Assembly: GCA_002269645.1 (NCBI GenBank) | Contig: NIVC01000482.1 | Span: 186,001-250,000 of the forward strand | Length of the DNA: 64,000 bases | Direction: 5' to 3' | Source: Macrostomum lignano | Lineage: Eukaryota | In this document: positions 24,957 to 38,919 of the stretch, piece by piece | How positions within the stretch are numbered: the first letter of the stretch is position 1 | Layout: every line of letters starts with the position of its first letter | Notes under the pieces: model-generated | What the model saw: the letters and a program-made list of their open reading frames with translations, nothing else | What the model was told of the DNA's origin: nothing | Databases searched by the model: none | Program-made: the position numbers and the translations under genes

Positions 24957-25651
24957 GGTTGTTTCTTGAGCGTTGTTACTATAGTGCCATTGTGTATCAC
25001 TGTGCTTAATCTGTTGCTTACCATATCCGCAGTGCTGAATGCTAAAATGACATCAGCACTTTAAGACTTTATTCAGGACTTCAAGGGGGGGGGGCAAAAA
25101 TGTACAAAGTACAAAGCACGAGTAAAATATTTTGTGTGCAAATATGAAGAATCGCAGTCAATAAATCTCTGTGTTTTCTGTCAAAGAAACTATTTTCCCT
25201 GGGGCACCCAACTCCATACTGAATTAAAACCAGACTCTCAATTGCCCTCTTCTGTAAACCCTCTATTGAAGAAGCTATTTGACTCCAGATTTTCGATCTG
25301 CTTACTTGCTTATAGTTATAATTAGAAGAAGCAAAAGATTGAAATTTACATCGTAATTTACCAATTTTAATAATAAATCGCTACATACGAGCGTACTACC
25401 TTGAGTAGACGATATTGGCTTAGTTGCTCAAGTTGTGGTGAGGATTTCAAAGCAAGTCGACTACACTACTTATGAAATCGGCGGCCGCCCCCCCCCCCCC
25501 TCTGTGGCTGGCGATGATGGCGCCCCTTGGTTCTCACCGCCCTCAGTTTGCTCATTATGGCGCCCCCACTCATGGTTAAAATCCGCCCCCCATTTCATAT
25601 TTTTAAATCCGCCTCTGCCACTAATTGCTCTTCTTTCTAACCTTTCCCCAG

Positions 25652-27447
25652 ATGTCGCTGCGCAGCAGTTTAACAGCGGTGATGAGCAGCACATCAGCCG
25701 TCAAAGCGACCAAACTCTTCCCGGAAGCGAGGGCAGGGAGCTTTGCTCGGACCGGTTCGTGGCCGTCCTTGGCCCGCATCAAAAGCTTGAAGATTTTCAA
25801 TTTCTCGAGTGCGCCAACGTCAAGGTGGAATGCGCGAAGACCCTTGACAGCTTTCAACTGGCACTGTCGAAGGTTTTGGCCCCTCTCACTCCCAAGACCG
25901 AGCTTTGGTTCTTCCACCTGCTCCTAGTCGACATTAACAACAGCCTGATCATGGATGGCAAAGCTGTGTCCGAAAATGAAGCTTATAAACTAATACACAG
26001 CATGGATTTGAGTCGAGTGTCAATTTTCCAATTCGTGCTCCGTTTGCCTGTTGAAGTAGCAAAATTCAATGAGGCAGCGCCATTCTGGAATAAGTCTCCT
26101 CTGGAGGCTCGACAGAGGAGGTGTCGCAGCAGGCGTTCCTCAGCCTGCGGTTGTCTGTCTATTTACAATTTTGATATTGAAAAAGCAGACGACTGGCCCA
26201 GTTTGCTCAACACGCTGTCGGATTTGGTCAGCAGAGCGTCAGTAGAGGCTGATTTTACTGACGAAGAAGCCGCTACAGTTCTAAGTCAAAGTGGCTGTTT
26301 AACTCTGCGCCAAGAGTCCGGCTGTCCAGATGGAATAACCGTCAAGCAGCTGGAGCCGCTGCAGAGGGGAAATGATTTTCGACTGCCAGACGAGAGACAA
26401 CAGCAGCAGCAGCAGCAACAAAATCAGCAGGAGAACCATGATCCGCTTGGTTTCGAACTCAATCAACAGCCAGTGCAAGCGACGGAATTCACCGACATAA
26501 CGCAGCAAGTTGGTGAAAGCGAGGGAATCGGTCTCTCAGATCAAGTTTTGCAGCCGCGAGATGACCAAATGGTTCAGTGGGATTCGTACAGCTCAGTCTT
26601 GAGTCCAGTGACGAGCGTGCCTGAATACCATCTGCATCCGGTGCAGTATGCTCGGAAAAAGAACGCCGCTATTGGTCTGGTTATTGAAAAGTACAGATTC
26701 TCCGTAGATAACAAATATTATGACGACCGTCTATGCGCCAGTAGCGACAGAAAAATAATTACAAATATTTCAGAACTAATTCTGTGTCGAAAAGACAATA
26801 TTCATCTGAATTCTGATCACAGTCACGTATCGAAACACTGCATCAGTACATTTATCCAGCACTTTCTAACTACTTACAAGCAAGAAGAGAATCTTTTGGA
26901 ATTGCTGCTCGTGTTCGTTTCGGCCCACGGCAGTCAGGAAGGCATCGTCACATCCGCCGGAGAGGAAATACCGTTAAAAGACCTGCTGCAGCCGCTGCAG
27001 CAGGTGGCGAACCATGTCCTCCTATTTTACCAGCCGTGCCGCGGCTCTCTAGAGCACAGTGTCGGCGCGCCCAAAGTTCCGGATGTAAGCGGCTTAAGCT
27101 TTCCCGGAAAAGACATGGCCGGTTGCTGCCTGCCCGAGAATGGACTGCAGAATGTCTCGGCCATCTTTGCCAGCATGCCGGGCTACGTCAGCTATCGGAG
27201 CGACAGCGGAAGCCTGATGCTAGTAGCGGTGCGATCGGTTCTTCAGGATGTCGTTGGCAAGAAGATTAGTCAGAAGCAGCTGGCCCAGCTCACACAGAGA
27301 AAGATTCATACCATGTGGCCTGAAGGTCTGCAGACATCTCAGAAATTTGAATATGCGCGGGTTAACTATGCAGTTAGGCAAGTCTACCAAATCACTGTAG
27401 CAGCTGATTTACCCGTTCATCCTGAAGTTGAAGGCACTGTGCCATGA
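25652..27447 (+). CDS. Caspase-like peptidase (family C14), main exon
   Basis: Branch point CTAAC and acceptor ctttccccag|AT. C-terminal domain has AIGLVIE (beta1), RLCASSD, catalytic SAHG (His codon 26926), QPCRG (Cys codon 27037) and small-subunit ASMPGYVSYR. Joined model is 632 aa. Confidence 0.85.
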
Positions 27448-27859
27448 CCCGATATTTCGAACCGTGTCTATTGTTGGCTCGTACATCGACGGCTCGTACA
27501 TGTACCTGTTTCTCATGGTTGCCTACCATTGTTGTTTAGGCCAACGGATTAAAAAATTTAATATGATGGTTCATAATTTGTCTCCTTTTTGTGCAACAGA
27601 TTACACTTGAATGTCAATCCGATAGGTGCTGTTGCTGTTCCGCTCAATTAAGCGGTTACTGGATAAATGTTTTGGATTTTTTCATTCAATTTTACCGTTT
27701 TGGCTATGAACTGTCTAGATCCATGAAGTGCTCTTTTTATATCAGAGGCAGGGTCTGTGGGCACCCTGGTGCACATTAGGTGACATTGTCACAACCAGCG
27801 AGTACTCGTAGCATTACTGCCCATGAGCAGGCATACAAGCGCAAGGATACATACGCAGT

Positions 27860-28061
27860 CATACGCACAGGCACACATTGTTAGGCATGTACACCCCACT
27901 GTGTCTTGAAGGTTGGTCTTCAAGGTGGTTAATTGCATGAGCAGACCCAAGCCGAGATTCCAATTTAGCCCCAAATTAATGTTGACTGCACTTGGAATCG
28001 AGCCTGGGCCGCTGGCACATCCATGCAGAGCGACGCGCCAGACCACTGGGCTACGGCCTCC
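27860..28061 (-). mobile_element. tRNA-derived SINE-like element, copy 1
   Basis: Minus strand has A box TAGCCCAGTGG and B-box-like GGCTCGATTCC; about 200 bp similar to 36065-36270. Confidence 0.65.
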
Positions 28062-28591
28062 TTCATGCACTGCACCTTGTTCACTACAATCAAATCGACA
28101 ATAATTTAGCTCGTATGGTAACAAAACCTCTGGCAAAACCTTTGGCTAATCGATTCAAGTGCTACCAGTCGTGTCTCATACCTGAGACTAGAGAAAAGCT
28201 TTCGCATTTGTACAACATAGAAGCTCATGGATGGATACAATGGAAAGCCGATTTAATAGCAAATTGAACCAAGATGAAATCTTCTGTTTCTAGTACTAAA
28301 TTTACAATATATTACCTTATAAACTTCTCGGTAGCAAAAGCAAGTGTCTGTCTACGTGTCTTGTGTCTTGCAAATCCCACCCATGACTCAATGAGGCCCA
28401 ACCCCGAGGGACAGAGAGTGTTAATAAAATAATTTCTTCAGCAAAAGTTTGAAAAAATGCTTTCAGAGACAATCCGCTTCAAAATCTAGAAGCTTAAGCA
28501 AGGACAACTACTTCAGTTGTCCTTGGGCTTAAGTTGAGATAATATTCCCATTCCCCCTACCCCGATTATCCCACTGGCTCAGGGAGAAACT

Positions 28592-29035
28592 GTTGAGAAA
28601 AAATCCTGCGTTAGACGAATCCATTTTAGTCAAACTCATATTCCATTTGTATGCACTGGCTGCTGAAATTCGATTCAAATTTCGTTTAAAGTCTTCTAAT
28701 ATGGCTGGACTGTCCGTCGGCAATATGAAAGAGTAGATAAGCGAATAGTTCCTGAGAATCCGATGCGCCTCTGGCTATAATATAATTATCCAATTATCAA
28801 ATAGACCGCTTTACGAGCATATACGAGCCAGGTCTGTAAGAGAAATCATGAAGTTTGAGCGCAATTATTGTACATACCCCCTTAGTCTTTCGCCCCTGTA
28901 CTCATTCTGTATAGGATCAAGAACAAGACAAAATCATTCATTTCATTGTTTCAGTTCATTAATAAACGAAGCAGTACTGACAAAATAAAATGTTAGTTTG
29001 AAATGGATTCGTCTAACGCAGGATTTTGTGTCAAC
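28592..29035. repeat. Imperfect ~35-bp inverted repeat pair, possibly a MITE
   Basis: AAAATCCTGCGTTAGACGAATCCATTT (~28600-28626) and its reverse complement (~29001-29027). Confidence 0.65.
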
Positions 29036-29728
29036 CGCGGACGAAAAAGAATCCACTACCGTAGCATGCACTCACCACCCACGCTCTTCCGATGACGAAA
29101 TTGAATGCACTGTTTGAGCGTCCTCACCTCCACTGACGAACAAGAATGCACTAAAAACTGTAGGCGGAAGGCGAAATAGACTTTTGCTGAAATAGAACGA
29201 GAGAACCAATAATCGTATACTCATTCTCAGTAGCAGATCCACACAAGGGAACAAAGGGTTAGCTGACTCCCACCTGAAAAGCATAAAAATAATCAACCAT
29301 GACCTCTTGATAGTTCTATCGCTGAAAATTGGGTCCAAAATGCAACTCTTCCGAATCTTGGTTAAAAGTTGTGGACTGCGGCGAATCCAGGAGAGTTACA
29401 GGGGTTATTCATTTTTTAAAAGTACAAGCCAAGTCTAGGTATGTCAACACAAATTATTGCCATCTCAATTCGAAGCATTTGCTTTCGCTTGACGCAATAT
29501 CATTCGATTCAAGATTTTGCTTTTGAAAGCTCAAAAGATTGTAAAAAATTAACTTAAAGGTCATCACATCCTCGGGCTAGTCCACATCGTCATCCAATGA
29601 GCGATCAAAAGTCACAACGACTGACGCTCAAAAGCTACACAAGTTTTCAAATCTTTTTGAGTATTAATTTTGATATCCGACTCAGTTGCTAAGAACCGTT
29701 TCGATATTGAGAAGATCGGTCTATGACG

Positions 29729-30481
29729 TCAGTTGAACGGTGACAAGCACTCGGCAAGGGCTCCATCAAAGGTATACCACGAAGATCTTCCATCATTCAG
29801 GCCCGTATAGGCGGCATTTGCGACGACCACATCTTCCAGTCCACCTGCGTTGTTCGGCTGGTTGAGGTCCCAGAGGCCGGTGTCGATGGTGGTGTTGCAG
29901 CTGGCCCATATCCATCCTCCGGCCGGTTCCTCGCTGCCTGGCAGCTGCCGGCCTCCCAGCAGCACCCTCGCCAGACCGTCTCGAGCCAAAATTCCTCGAA
30001 TGTGATGTAGCTCATCATGGTTAGCGCCGTCGGCAAAGATGACGAGGCCCGGTACCGCATCGATGGCAGCCTTCGCATAGTCCCAGTCCGTGATGTTCGC
30101 CATCAGCTTGTACTTGGTGTCGCACAGGTCGTCAGAGAATCCGTCAGGGCACAGAGCTCCGGGCGGTAGTCCCGGCTGCTGCCTCACGAACACCGGCGCC
30201 CTGCGAGTGCAGCCGCAGTCTCTCACGCGCTTACTGCACCTGTTGAAGACAAACAGTTGGCACGGACCGTCGGCCACTCTGAACGCCTGACAATCAATCT
30301 TTAAGTCGCACAGGAAGGCGCATTCCGGAGGCTGCTTCCATCCTGGGATCGTCTCAACAAACTGTGGCCTGATGCACAGTGGGACAAAGACTCGATGGTA
30401 CTTTCTGGGTGTCCTGCAAGCCATCGCATGGAATGTGAAGCAGCCTAGTAGTAGACAGGCAATGCTCAGGCACGATGGCAT
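29729..30481 (-). CDS. Secreted PAN/apple-like plus C-type lectin domain protein, intronless, 250 aa
   Basis: Signal peptide MPSCLSIACLLLGCFTFHAMA; CAFLCDLKIDCQAFRVADGPCQLF (PAN-like); VLLGGRQ...GGWIW...LWDLNQPNNAGGLED...LNDG (C-type lectin motifs). Confidence 0.85.
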   Translation of the reverse strand: MPSCLSIACLLLGCFTFHAMACRTPRKYHRVFVPLCIRPQFVETIPGWKQPPECAFLCDLKIDCQAFRVADGPCQLFVFNRCSKRVRDCGCTRRAPVFVRQQPGLPPGALCPDGFSDDLCDTKYKLMANITDWDYAKAAIDAVPGLVIFADGANHDELHHIRGILARDGLARVLLGGRQLPGSEEPAGGWIWASCNTTIDTGLWDLNQPNNAGGLEDVVVANAAYTGLNDGRSSWYTFDGALAECLSPFN

Positions 30482-31011
30482 TGTCGCACTGGCTTCAATA
30501 GACGATTACCAGTGAGCTTCGTTCAAGACTGGCTTTCTCAGTCCATATTTATGCATTTTTAAGTCCTTTCTTCTGTCTATTTAGTATTTAGAAAGCGAAA
30601 CCTCGGTTCCATTTTTCCACTAGTTGTGCCTTGCCTGTTGTAGTAGGCATACTTTTTTATACGAAAAATCTGCTTAGCTCGAAAACGACAAAAATCCACG
30701 AAAGCTCACGAGACAAAAGCAGTCACGGAGTCCTGTGCAAGTGTAGAGTTCAATGCACTAGAAGAATGGATGAAGCTGGAACGAGTTTTTCGTATCGAGG
30801 AATGGAATTGTCACTGGTATGCAAAATAACGATTTATGTTGTTTTTATGCATTTTGGATTTTCCAAGCCCTCAATTGACAACTGAATATTTTCAAGAGTT
30901 AAAGCAATTAATGCTTGCAATGTTACTACCACAGTCTACACATGCTACTCTTCATAGTATGTAAGTGCCTCAAAGGCTGAAACGATAAAGTCATCCTCGT
31001 ATAAGGTAGTG

Positions 31012-31721
<710 letters not shown>

Positions 31722-31994
31722 CATATTTACAGCCAATTAAAATAGAAAGCAATTCAATAACAAACTTTTTGGAGTCTGAAGTATGCACTGAATATCTAAA
31801 TACTCGTAGAATATCATAATTATCATAAACACTATCATAGGTGGCTCCCTCACAAGATTAAAGCAGTTCGCATAGGTCCGTGAACTACCAAACTAAGCGC
31901 GGTGAAAGTACGGAACTTATCTAACTAATCACTGAAAATTAGCGGTCAAAGTCATGACATCAGCCGTCATTTTCCACCGCCGCCGAACTGCTGC

Positions 31995-32582
31995 CTACTC
32001 AGAAGGCGGGTCAGCAGCCGGCACCAGCGGCCGGGCGCACTCGGCCCGCAGCGCCAGCTCCTCGGCCTTGAGCACGGCCGTCCACTGCAGGTCGACGGAG
32101 TTCGCCGACTGCTGCCAGGACCTCCGTCGGCGGAGCGGCTGCTGCTGCTGCTGACACAGCGGGTCGGCAGTTGACGCTGATTTCCGTTTTGCCGACCTCT
32201 TCAAATTTGGAGCAGCCGGGCCGCCGCCGCCGCCGCCAGCGCTGCTGCGTTGAAAACAGCGGCAGAGCAGGGCGGTGTACTGACTTTTCAGCTTGCTGTT
32301 GAACAGGCCGTAGATCACCGAGTTCATGCAGGTGGACATCAGGATCAGCGTCAGGCACAGGCTGTGGAACACGGCGCTGACGCCGCCGCCACCATCGTCA
32401 TCTCTGCCGGTGTCAGAAGTCCGCCTGTCCACCGACGACTTGTTGACGGCGGTTGAGGCTCTCCTCGGAGCGTCACCAGCGACCGGCTGGATGCGCTGCC
32501 AGTCCTTCGGGAATTGTGAAAAATTTACGCGCTGGCTAATCATGGAAGAGTAAGATGGAAGCACGCTGCAACTCGCAACAGA
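31995..32582 (-). CDS. Class A GPCR (NPY/NPF-receptor-like), exon 3: ECL3, TM7 and C-tail
   Basis: Acceptor ttctattcag|TCT, phase 0. [29 protein letters not shown] is TM7/helix 8; then CRCF and stop at 31995. Confidence 0.8.
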   Translation of the reverse strand, partial: SVASCSVLPSYSSMISQRVNFSQFPKDWQRIQPVAGDAPRRASTAVNKSSVDRRTSDTGRDDDGGGGVSAVFHSLCLTLILMSTCMNSVIYGLFNSKLKSQYTALLCRCFQRSSAGGGGGGPAAPNLKRSAKRKSASTADPLCQQQQQPLRRRRSWQQSANSVDLQWTAVLKAEELALRAECARPLVPAADPPSE

Positions 32583-32589
32583 CTGAATA

Positions 32590-33732
<1,143 letters not shown>

Positions 33733-33760
33733 CATTAAATTTTAACCTCAATAACCGTAC

Positions 33761-34246
33761 CTGATAGTCCTGCACCAGATTGGACATTGTCAGCGGCAGC
33801 CAGGCCAAAGCAAACCCAATGGCGATGGCGCCAAGCAGGCAGTTGGTTCGAAACTGCCTCCTTCGCTTCATCTGTCTGAGCTGTCGCTGCTCAGCTGTCC
33901 AGGACGTCAGCGGCGACAGCTGCTGCTGCTGCTGACTCGCTGGCCGCCTTCGCAGACGGCAGTAGATGCTGACGTAGGCGAAGCTGATGATCACCAGAGG
34001 CACCAGGTACTGTACCAGGATGGTTGCGGCGCTGTACACCAGCTTGGCCGGCTTCAGCCACTGGCCATGGCGCAGGTAGTCCTCGCCGCACAGGTAGATT
34101 TTCCGGTCCCAGCGGAGCGTGTCCTCGACAACCCCAGCGAAGTAGAATGACGGGCTGGCCAGCAGGCAGGAGAAGAGCCAGATGGCCGTCACGCTGAGAC
34201 CGATCTTCAGCGGCGATAGCGGCTGAGTCGACGGGCGCAGAGTCAA
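33761..34246 (-). CDS. Class A GPCR, exon 2: TM4 to TM6
   Basis: ccattcag|TTG ... TAT CAG|gtacgg, phase 0 at both ends. AIWLFSCLLASP, YLCGED, VQYLVPLVIISFAYVSI, FALAWLPL. Confidence 0.9.
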
Positions 34247-34289
34247 CTGAATGGTGAAAGGTTTCGCAAATATCTTTGCAAAGGTTTGT

Positions 34290-34942
34290 GACTAAAAGGT
34301 TTGTGAATATTTGGGAGGCTTTGTGAAAATTAGGGACGGTTTGTGAATATTAGGGAGGGTTTGTGAATATTAGGGAGGATTTGTGAACATTTGGGAGGGT
34401 TTGTGAATATTTGGGAGGGTTTGTGAATATTTGGGAGGGTTTGTGAATATTAGGGAGGCTTTGCGAAGATTAGGAAGGGTTTGTGAAGAGTAGAAAGGGT
34501 TTGTGAAGAGTAGAAAGGGTTTGTGAAGAGTAGGAAGGGTTTGTGAAGAGTAGGAAGGGTTTGTGAAGAGTAGGAAGGGTTTGTGAAGAGTAGGAAGGGT
34601 TTGTGAAGAGTAGGAAGGGTTTGTGAAGAGTAGGAAGGGTTTGTGAAGAGTAGGAAGGGTTTGTGAAGAGTAGGAAGGGTTTGTGAAGAGTAGGAAGGGT
34701 TTGTGAAGAGTAGGAAGGGTTTGTGAAGAGTAGGAAGGGTTTGTGAAGAGTAGGAAGGGTTTGTGAAGAGTAGGAAGGGTTTGTGAAGAGTAGGAAGGGT
34801 TTGTGAAGAGTAGGAAGGGTTTGTGAAGAGTAGGAAGGGTTTGTGAAGAGTAGGAAGGGTTTGTGAAGAGTAGGAAGGGTTTGTGAAGAGTAGGAAGGGT
34901 TTGTGAAGAGTAGGAAGGGTTTGTGAAGAGTAGGAAGGGTGT
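34290..34942. repeat. 20-bp minisatellite (GGGTTTGTGAAGAGTAGGAA)n
   Basis: Seen directly, in GPCR intron 1. Confidence 0.96.
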
Positions 34943-35823
34943 GTAAAGTAAATACTCTAGTATTTTTAATCCCACAAACTCGACCCCTATCAAAGTCTTA
35001 AGACTTTAAGATCAAATTTTAAGATTTCACAGTCTCTGACAGTGATTACTGACTACACATAAAAGAAAACTAATTTAACTTTTTCAATGCTGTCACTAAC
35101 AACCGATTCATGCAAGTAGTCTGTGTGGATTTTTTCGGCATACTTGTAATTTAATCAAACTCATTGCCAGACGGCGAACCATCTAATTAGACCCTCCTGA
35201 AAGTCGAAGACTCAGGACGCAGCAGCGACGGAAATGGCAGGTTTTGTCAAAAGATTTTTAACATCAAAACTCCAAAGACAAAAGACTGTCTATTTTAAGC
35301 AAAGACTTGTTTGTTTCTTGCAAAGCTGCTTGTTTAAAGACATGCCAGTTAAGTTAATAAGCGCTTTAGTTGCTGCTTCAAAGCAAAGAGATTTGTTGAT
35401 CTAATTTACACAGCATTGCGCACGAATTACTTTGACCAAGCTGCTACGCCCACTCTGATCCTCTTCATTTGCGAACATATAGATGCACTGTTACAGAACT
35501 CAGGGTGCATTTGAGCAAAATTACATTTAATAATAATACTTCAAAGCCAATCCTTTTTCTGAAACATTGGGCTTTGCAACTATCAACTGAATTTAATCAA
35601 AAGCGTTTTAGAAATAATTCATAATTTATCACTTGTCACCTCTAATCACCTTGAATCACCTCTTGTGTACCCCTTCCCGTGGGTCAACCAGTGGGTGGCA
35701 TCCAAGTACAGGGAGAGGTGATCTAACTTCCCCGACTGCCGGCAATCCCGCGCGGCTGTCCCCTGTCTTTCCCGCGCCCTCCACAGGGCCCTGTTTGGAC
35801 TCAATCGCAGGGACATCAGGGCG

Positions 35824-36064
35824 GTGACCATGGCCCTTTCAGGCCATGACTGTTTTGCCAGGCATCGCTACCTCCAGGGAAAATCCGCAGTGAGGAATGC
35901 CCATTCTGCCTCTCCGGTGTTGAGAATGCTGAGCACTTCATCTGCGAATTCTAAGCCTCTACTCGGGGCAGGCTCACCTGCATCGGCCCAAACCCGGACC
36001 TCTCCGACGTTTTCAGGCCCGAGGATCTCTGCCAGCTCGTCCGCTAACTGAGGGCTACCGGGCG
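35824..36064 (+). mobile_element. Decayed 3' end of a non-LTR retrotransposon ORF2 (CCHC knuckle region)
   Basis: [16 protein letters not shown] / [20 protein letters not shown] ... LVR*LRATGR, with one frameshift and two in-frame stops; resembles I/R1-type ORF2 C-termini. Confidence 0.65.
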
Positions 36065-36270
36065 GGAGGGCCGTAGGTAGCCCAGTGGTCTGGCCCGGCG
36101 CTCTGGTGTCCCAGCTGGCAGCCCAGGCTCGATTCCAAGTGCAGCCACATTCATTTGGAGGGCTAAATTAGAATCTCAGCTTGGCTCTGCTCGTGCAATT
36201 AACATCCTTGAGGACCAACCGCTGTACACTCCTGTGTGAGTGTGTGCCTGTGCGTTTGACTGCACACAGC
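36065..36270 (+). mobile_element. tRNA-derived SINE-like element, copy 2
   Basis: TAGCCCAGTGGTCTGG ... CCCAGGCTCGATTCCAAGTGCAG ... GCAATTAAC ... TGTGTGCCTGTGCGT is shared with copy 1. Confidence 0.65.
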
Positions 36271-36877
36271 ACCCAGCCTCTAATAGTAAAAAGGTCTACC
36301 GGGCGAGCGACCATCCACCTCCTGGACTCTCCTCGCCAGAGGTTAGGGGAATTGAAGACAGACGCATGCCCATATCCACCTCTGTGGATATTCATTCCGC
36401 GTCTTAAAAAATCCATAAATTCCGACGGCCTCATAGTAAACAACCTGCCACATCCGAAAAATCCCATGCTGCCCCTGGGGAAATCCCATCGAGCAAGCTC
36501 TCTTCCAGCCAGAAGGCATCAAATCAGCAACCAACGCTCCGTCGCAGAGCCCGTAAGCCACCTCAGCTTCTCCCGGCCCAGCAACAGCAATCTTGCTAAG
36601 AAAATTCGCTTGAAACCGGCATTAAATTACAGTCTGTCCAGAAATGCTTAACATAGAAACAAGGCAAATTTTCTAGATTTTGTAACCGTTTTTACAAGAT
36701 GCTTAGCCTGCATCTATATGAACTCGGCTTTGAAAATATTAAATTCAAACAGCCCAATGTATGCAACGTTTGTTATTTAATCTGAGTCTGTGAAAGCGAA
36801 ATCCTTGGATACAAAAATTGCAATTATATTTTTTTGTCCAAATATGGCCGCTCTACGCCCTCACAGAGTGATCCGAA

Positions 36878-37100
36878 TTCCCGTGACCCACAACTCCGTG
36901 AACCACAGCCCTGCGACCCACAACTCTGTGACCAAAATTATGTGTTTTTCAATTCTGTGACCCACAACCCCGTAACCCACACCCCTGTGACTCACCCAGC
37001 ACCGTGACCCACACAACCCGTGACCCACACAATCCTGTGACCCACACAATCCTGTGACCCACACAATCCTGTGACCCACACAACCCCGTGACCCACAGCA
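36878..37100. repeat. ~17-bp repeat (GTGACCCACACAATCCT)n beside the GPCR exon 1 donor
   Basis: Seen directly. Confidence 0.85.
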
Positions 37101-37123
37101 CGTGGCCCCAGCCAGCAGCTGAC

Positions 37124-37648
37124 CTGCATCCTGTCCAGCGCGATGGCCACCACAGAAAAGGTGGACGCGAACAAGTTCACCCCAGTGAGGCTGGACACGA
37201 GCTTGCAGAGCCGCACTCCCCAGTTCCAGCCTCCGTAGCGCTGCATCAGTCTAACAATATTAAACGGCTGGGTGAAGATGCAGAGGATGAGATCGGATAC
37301 GGCCAGGTTGATGACGAAGCAGATTCGCTGCTTGTTCAGTGCCCGACAACGGGACGCGGCGATGAGCAGGAACAGATTGCCGGCAATCCCGAACACGATG
37401 AGCAGCACCTGCACACAGGTCATGGACAGCAGGATGGGGAAGGCTCCGTTCAGTTCCGCCCGAACTTGGCCCAGCTGCTGGCGAAATGTCTCGGTTAGCT
37501 TGGTCTGGTTCATGCACTGCAGGTAGCGATAGATGGCCAGCACATCCTTGAGATCCGGGCTCTTCAATGGGGCGCATTTTTTCAGCAGCTGCTGAGTCTT
37601 GATGCTCATTGTGAGGCTTGGCAGTGTGTCTGGCGCTGCGGTTGTCAT
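37124..37648 (-). CDS. Class A GPCR, exon 1: N-terminus, TM1 to TM3
   Basis: GIAGNLFLL (TM1), INLAVSDLILCIFTQPF (TM2), WNWGVRLCKL, SVVAIALDRMQ|gtcagc. Three exons give 532 aa. An acceptor at 37679 suggests a further upstream exon. Confidence 0.9.
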
Positions 37649-37844
37649 GGCAACAGCGACTTCGGCTGCGGATTTTGACTGTTAATGGAAGATTAAAGTA
37701 AATATTTGTTTAAGTAGCCAACTACGAGTATGACACAGAAGTCTACGAGTTTGTTTAACAAACTAGAATCACAGTCTTTGTTTGAAAATAGAATTTGTTT
37801 TTTTTGAAAATAAAATTATCAGTCTTTGTTCGAAATGAGAGACA

Positions 37845-38030
37845 GTCCTTGTTTGAATCTGGAATCAGAGTTTGTTTGAATCTGGAATCAGAGTTTGTTT
37901 GAATCTGGAATCAGAGTCTGTTTGAATCTGGAATCAGAGTCTGTTTGAATCTGGAATCACAGTCTTTGTTTGAATCTGGAATCACAGTCTTTGTTTGAAT
38001 CTGGAATCACAGTCTTTGTTTGAATCTGGA
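37845..38030. repeat. ~20-22-bp repeat (GTTTGAATCTGGAATCAGAGT)n
   Basis: About 8 copies. Confidence 0.9.
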
Positions 38031-38754
38031 ATCCGAGTCTTCATTTGAGAGAGAAATGAAGCACTGAAATTAGTTGTGCTGTTTTGTAGGCAAATGAAAG
38101 CACAATGCCAGCAGTTATTGCTGTAAAAATATTCACCCCGCTGCTAAAAGTACACAGAATTTAATTGATTTCAAAGGCAGAAATTTTCCTGTTATTTCAA
38201 ATTAGGGAGGAAGCACCTCTGTTTGAATGACAGAGAAGTGTCCAATATTTAGAAAAAATAAAAGATGAAACAATCTGAAAAAACGTAAATATCTCTTCTA
38301 CCTAAAAATTGAATAATCTGTTTAATCGACTCGTCATAGCTGATAAAAACAAAAAATTGTGCCAACAAAAACACCTGAGAGAGGCGCTGCACTGGCACGG
38401 AATTGAAGTCGAGAGAGCTGCGAGCAGAATTGACTCTCTGAAAAAATGGATTTCAATCATGGAAAAGCAAACGTCATGGAAAAGCCACCTTCCACAGATA
38501 ATTGATGGGCTGTGAAGCGGGGCAAGGCAAATTACAGGGGCAGAGCGGAAGGCCAGTGGGGAGATATTGATTGGGCCTCGGCTGAACAATAATCGTGCCA
38601 AAGGAACAGGAGACTTGAGAGAAAAAAGTTACTTTTTACAACTGTCATAAAATTTTTACTAGCTAGCTTAACTCAACTAAAAGTACCAAGTTCAAAAGTC
38701 CTTGGAGCTCTATACTATTATTTCCAGCTAATAGCTTTCAATGTCAGCTGGGAC

Positions 38755-38919
38755 TAGGGGTGTTCGGGTTTCCATTTTTTTACCCGAAGCTCTAACCCTG
38801 AACCCCGAACCCGACCCGAACACCCTACCCGAACCCGAACCCGACCCGAACACCCTACCCGAACCCGAACCCGACCCGGACCCAAAACCCGACCCGACCC
38901 CGAACCCCGGACACCCCTA
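38755..38919. mobile_element. hAT-type MITE, 165 bp
   Basis: TIRs TAGGGGTGTTCGGG and CCCGGACACCCCTA; 8-bp TSD GCTGGGAC / GTTGGGAC (one mismatch); internal ACCCGA repeats. Confidence 0.85.

Noticed and set aside
25435-25651. First 72 aa of the 670-aa caspase ORF
   Set aside because: Derived from a MITE fragment (25480-25617) and lies upstream of a strong branch point and acceptor, so probably intronic.
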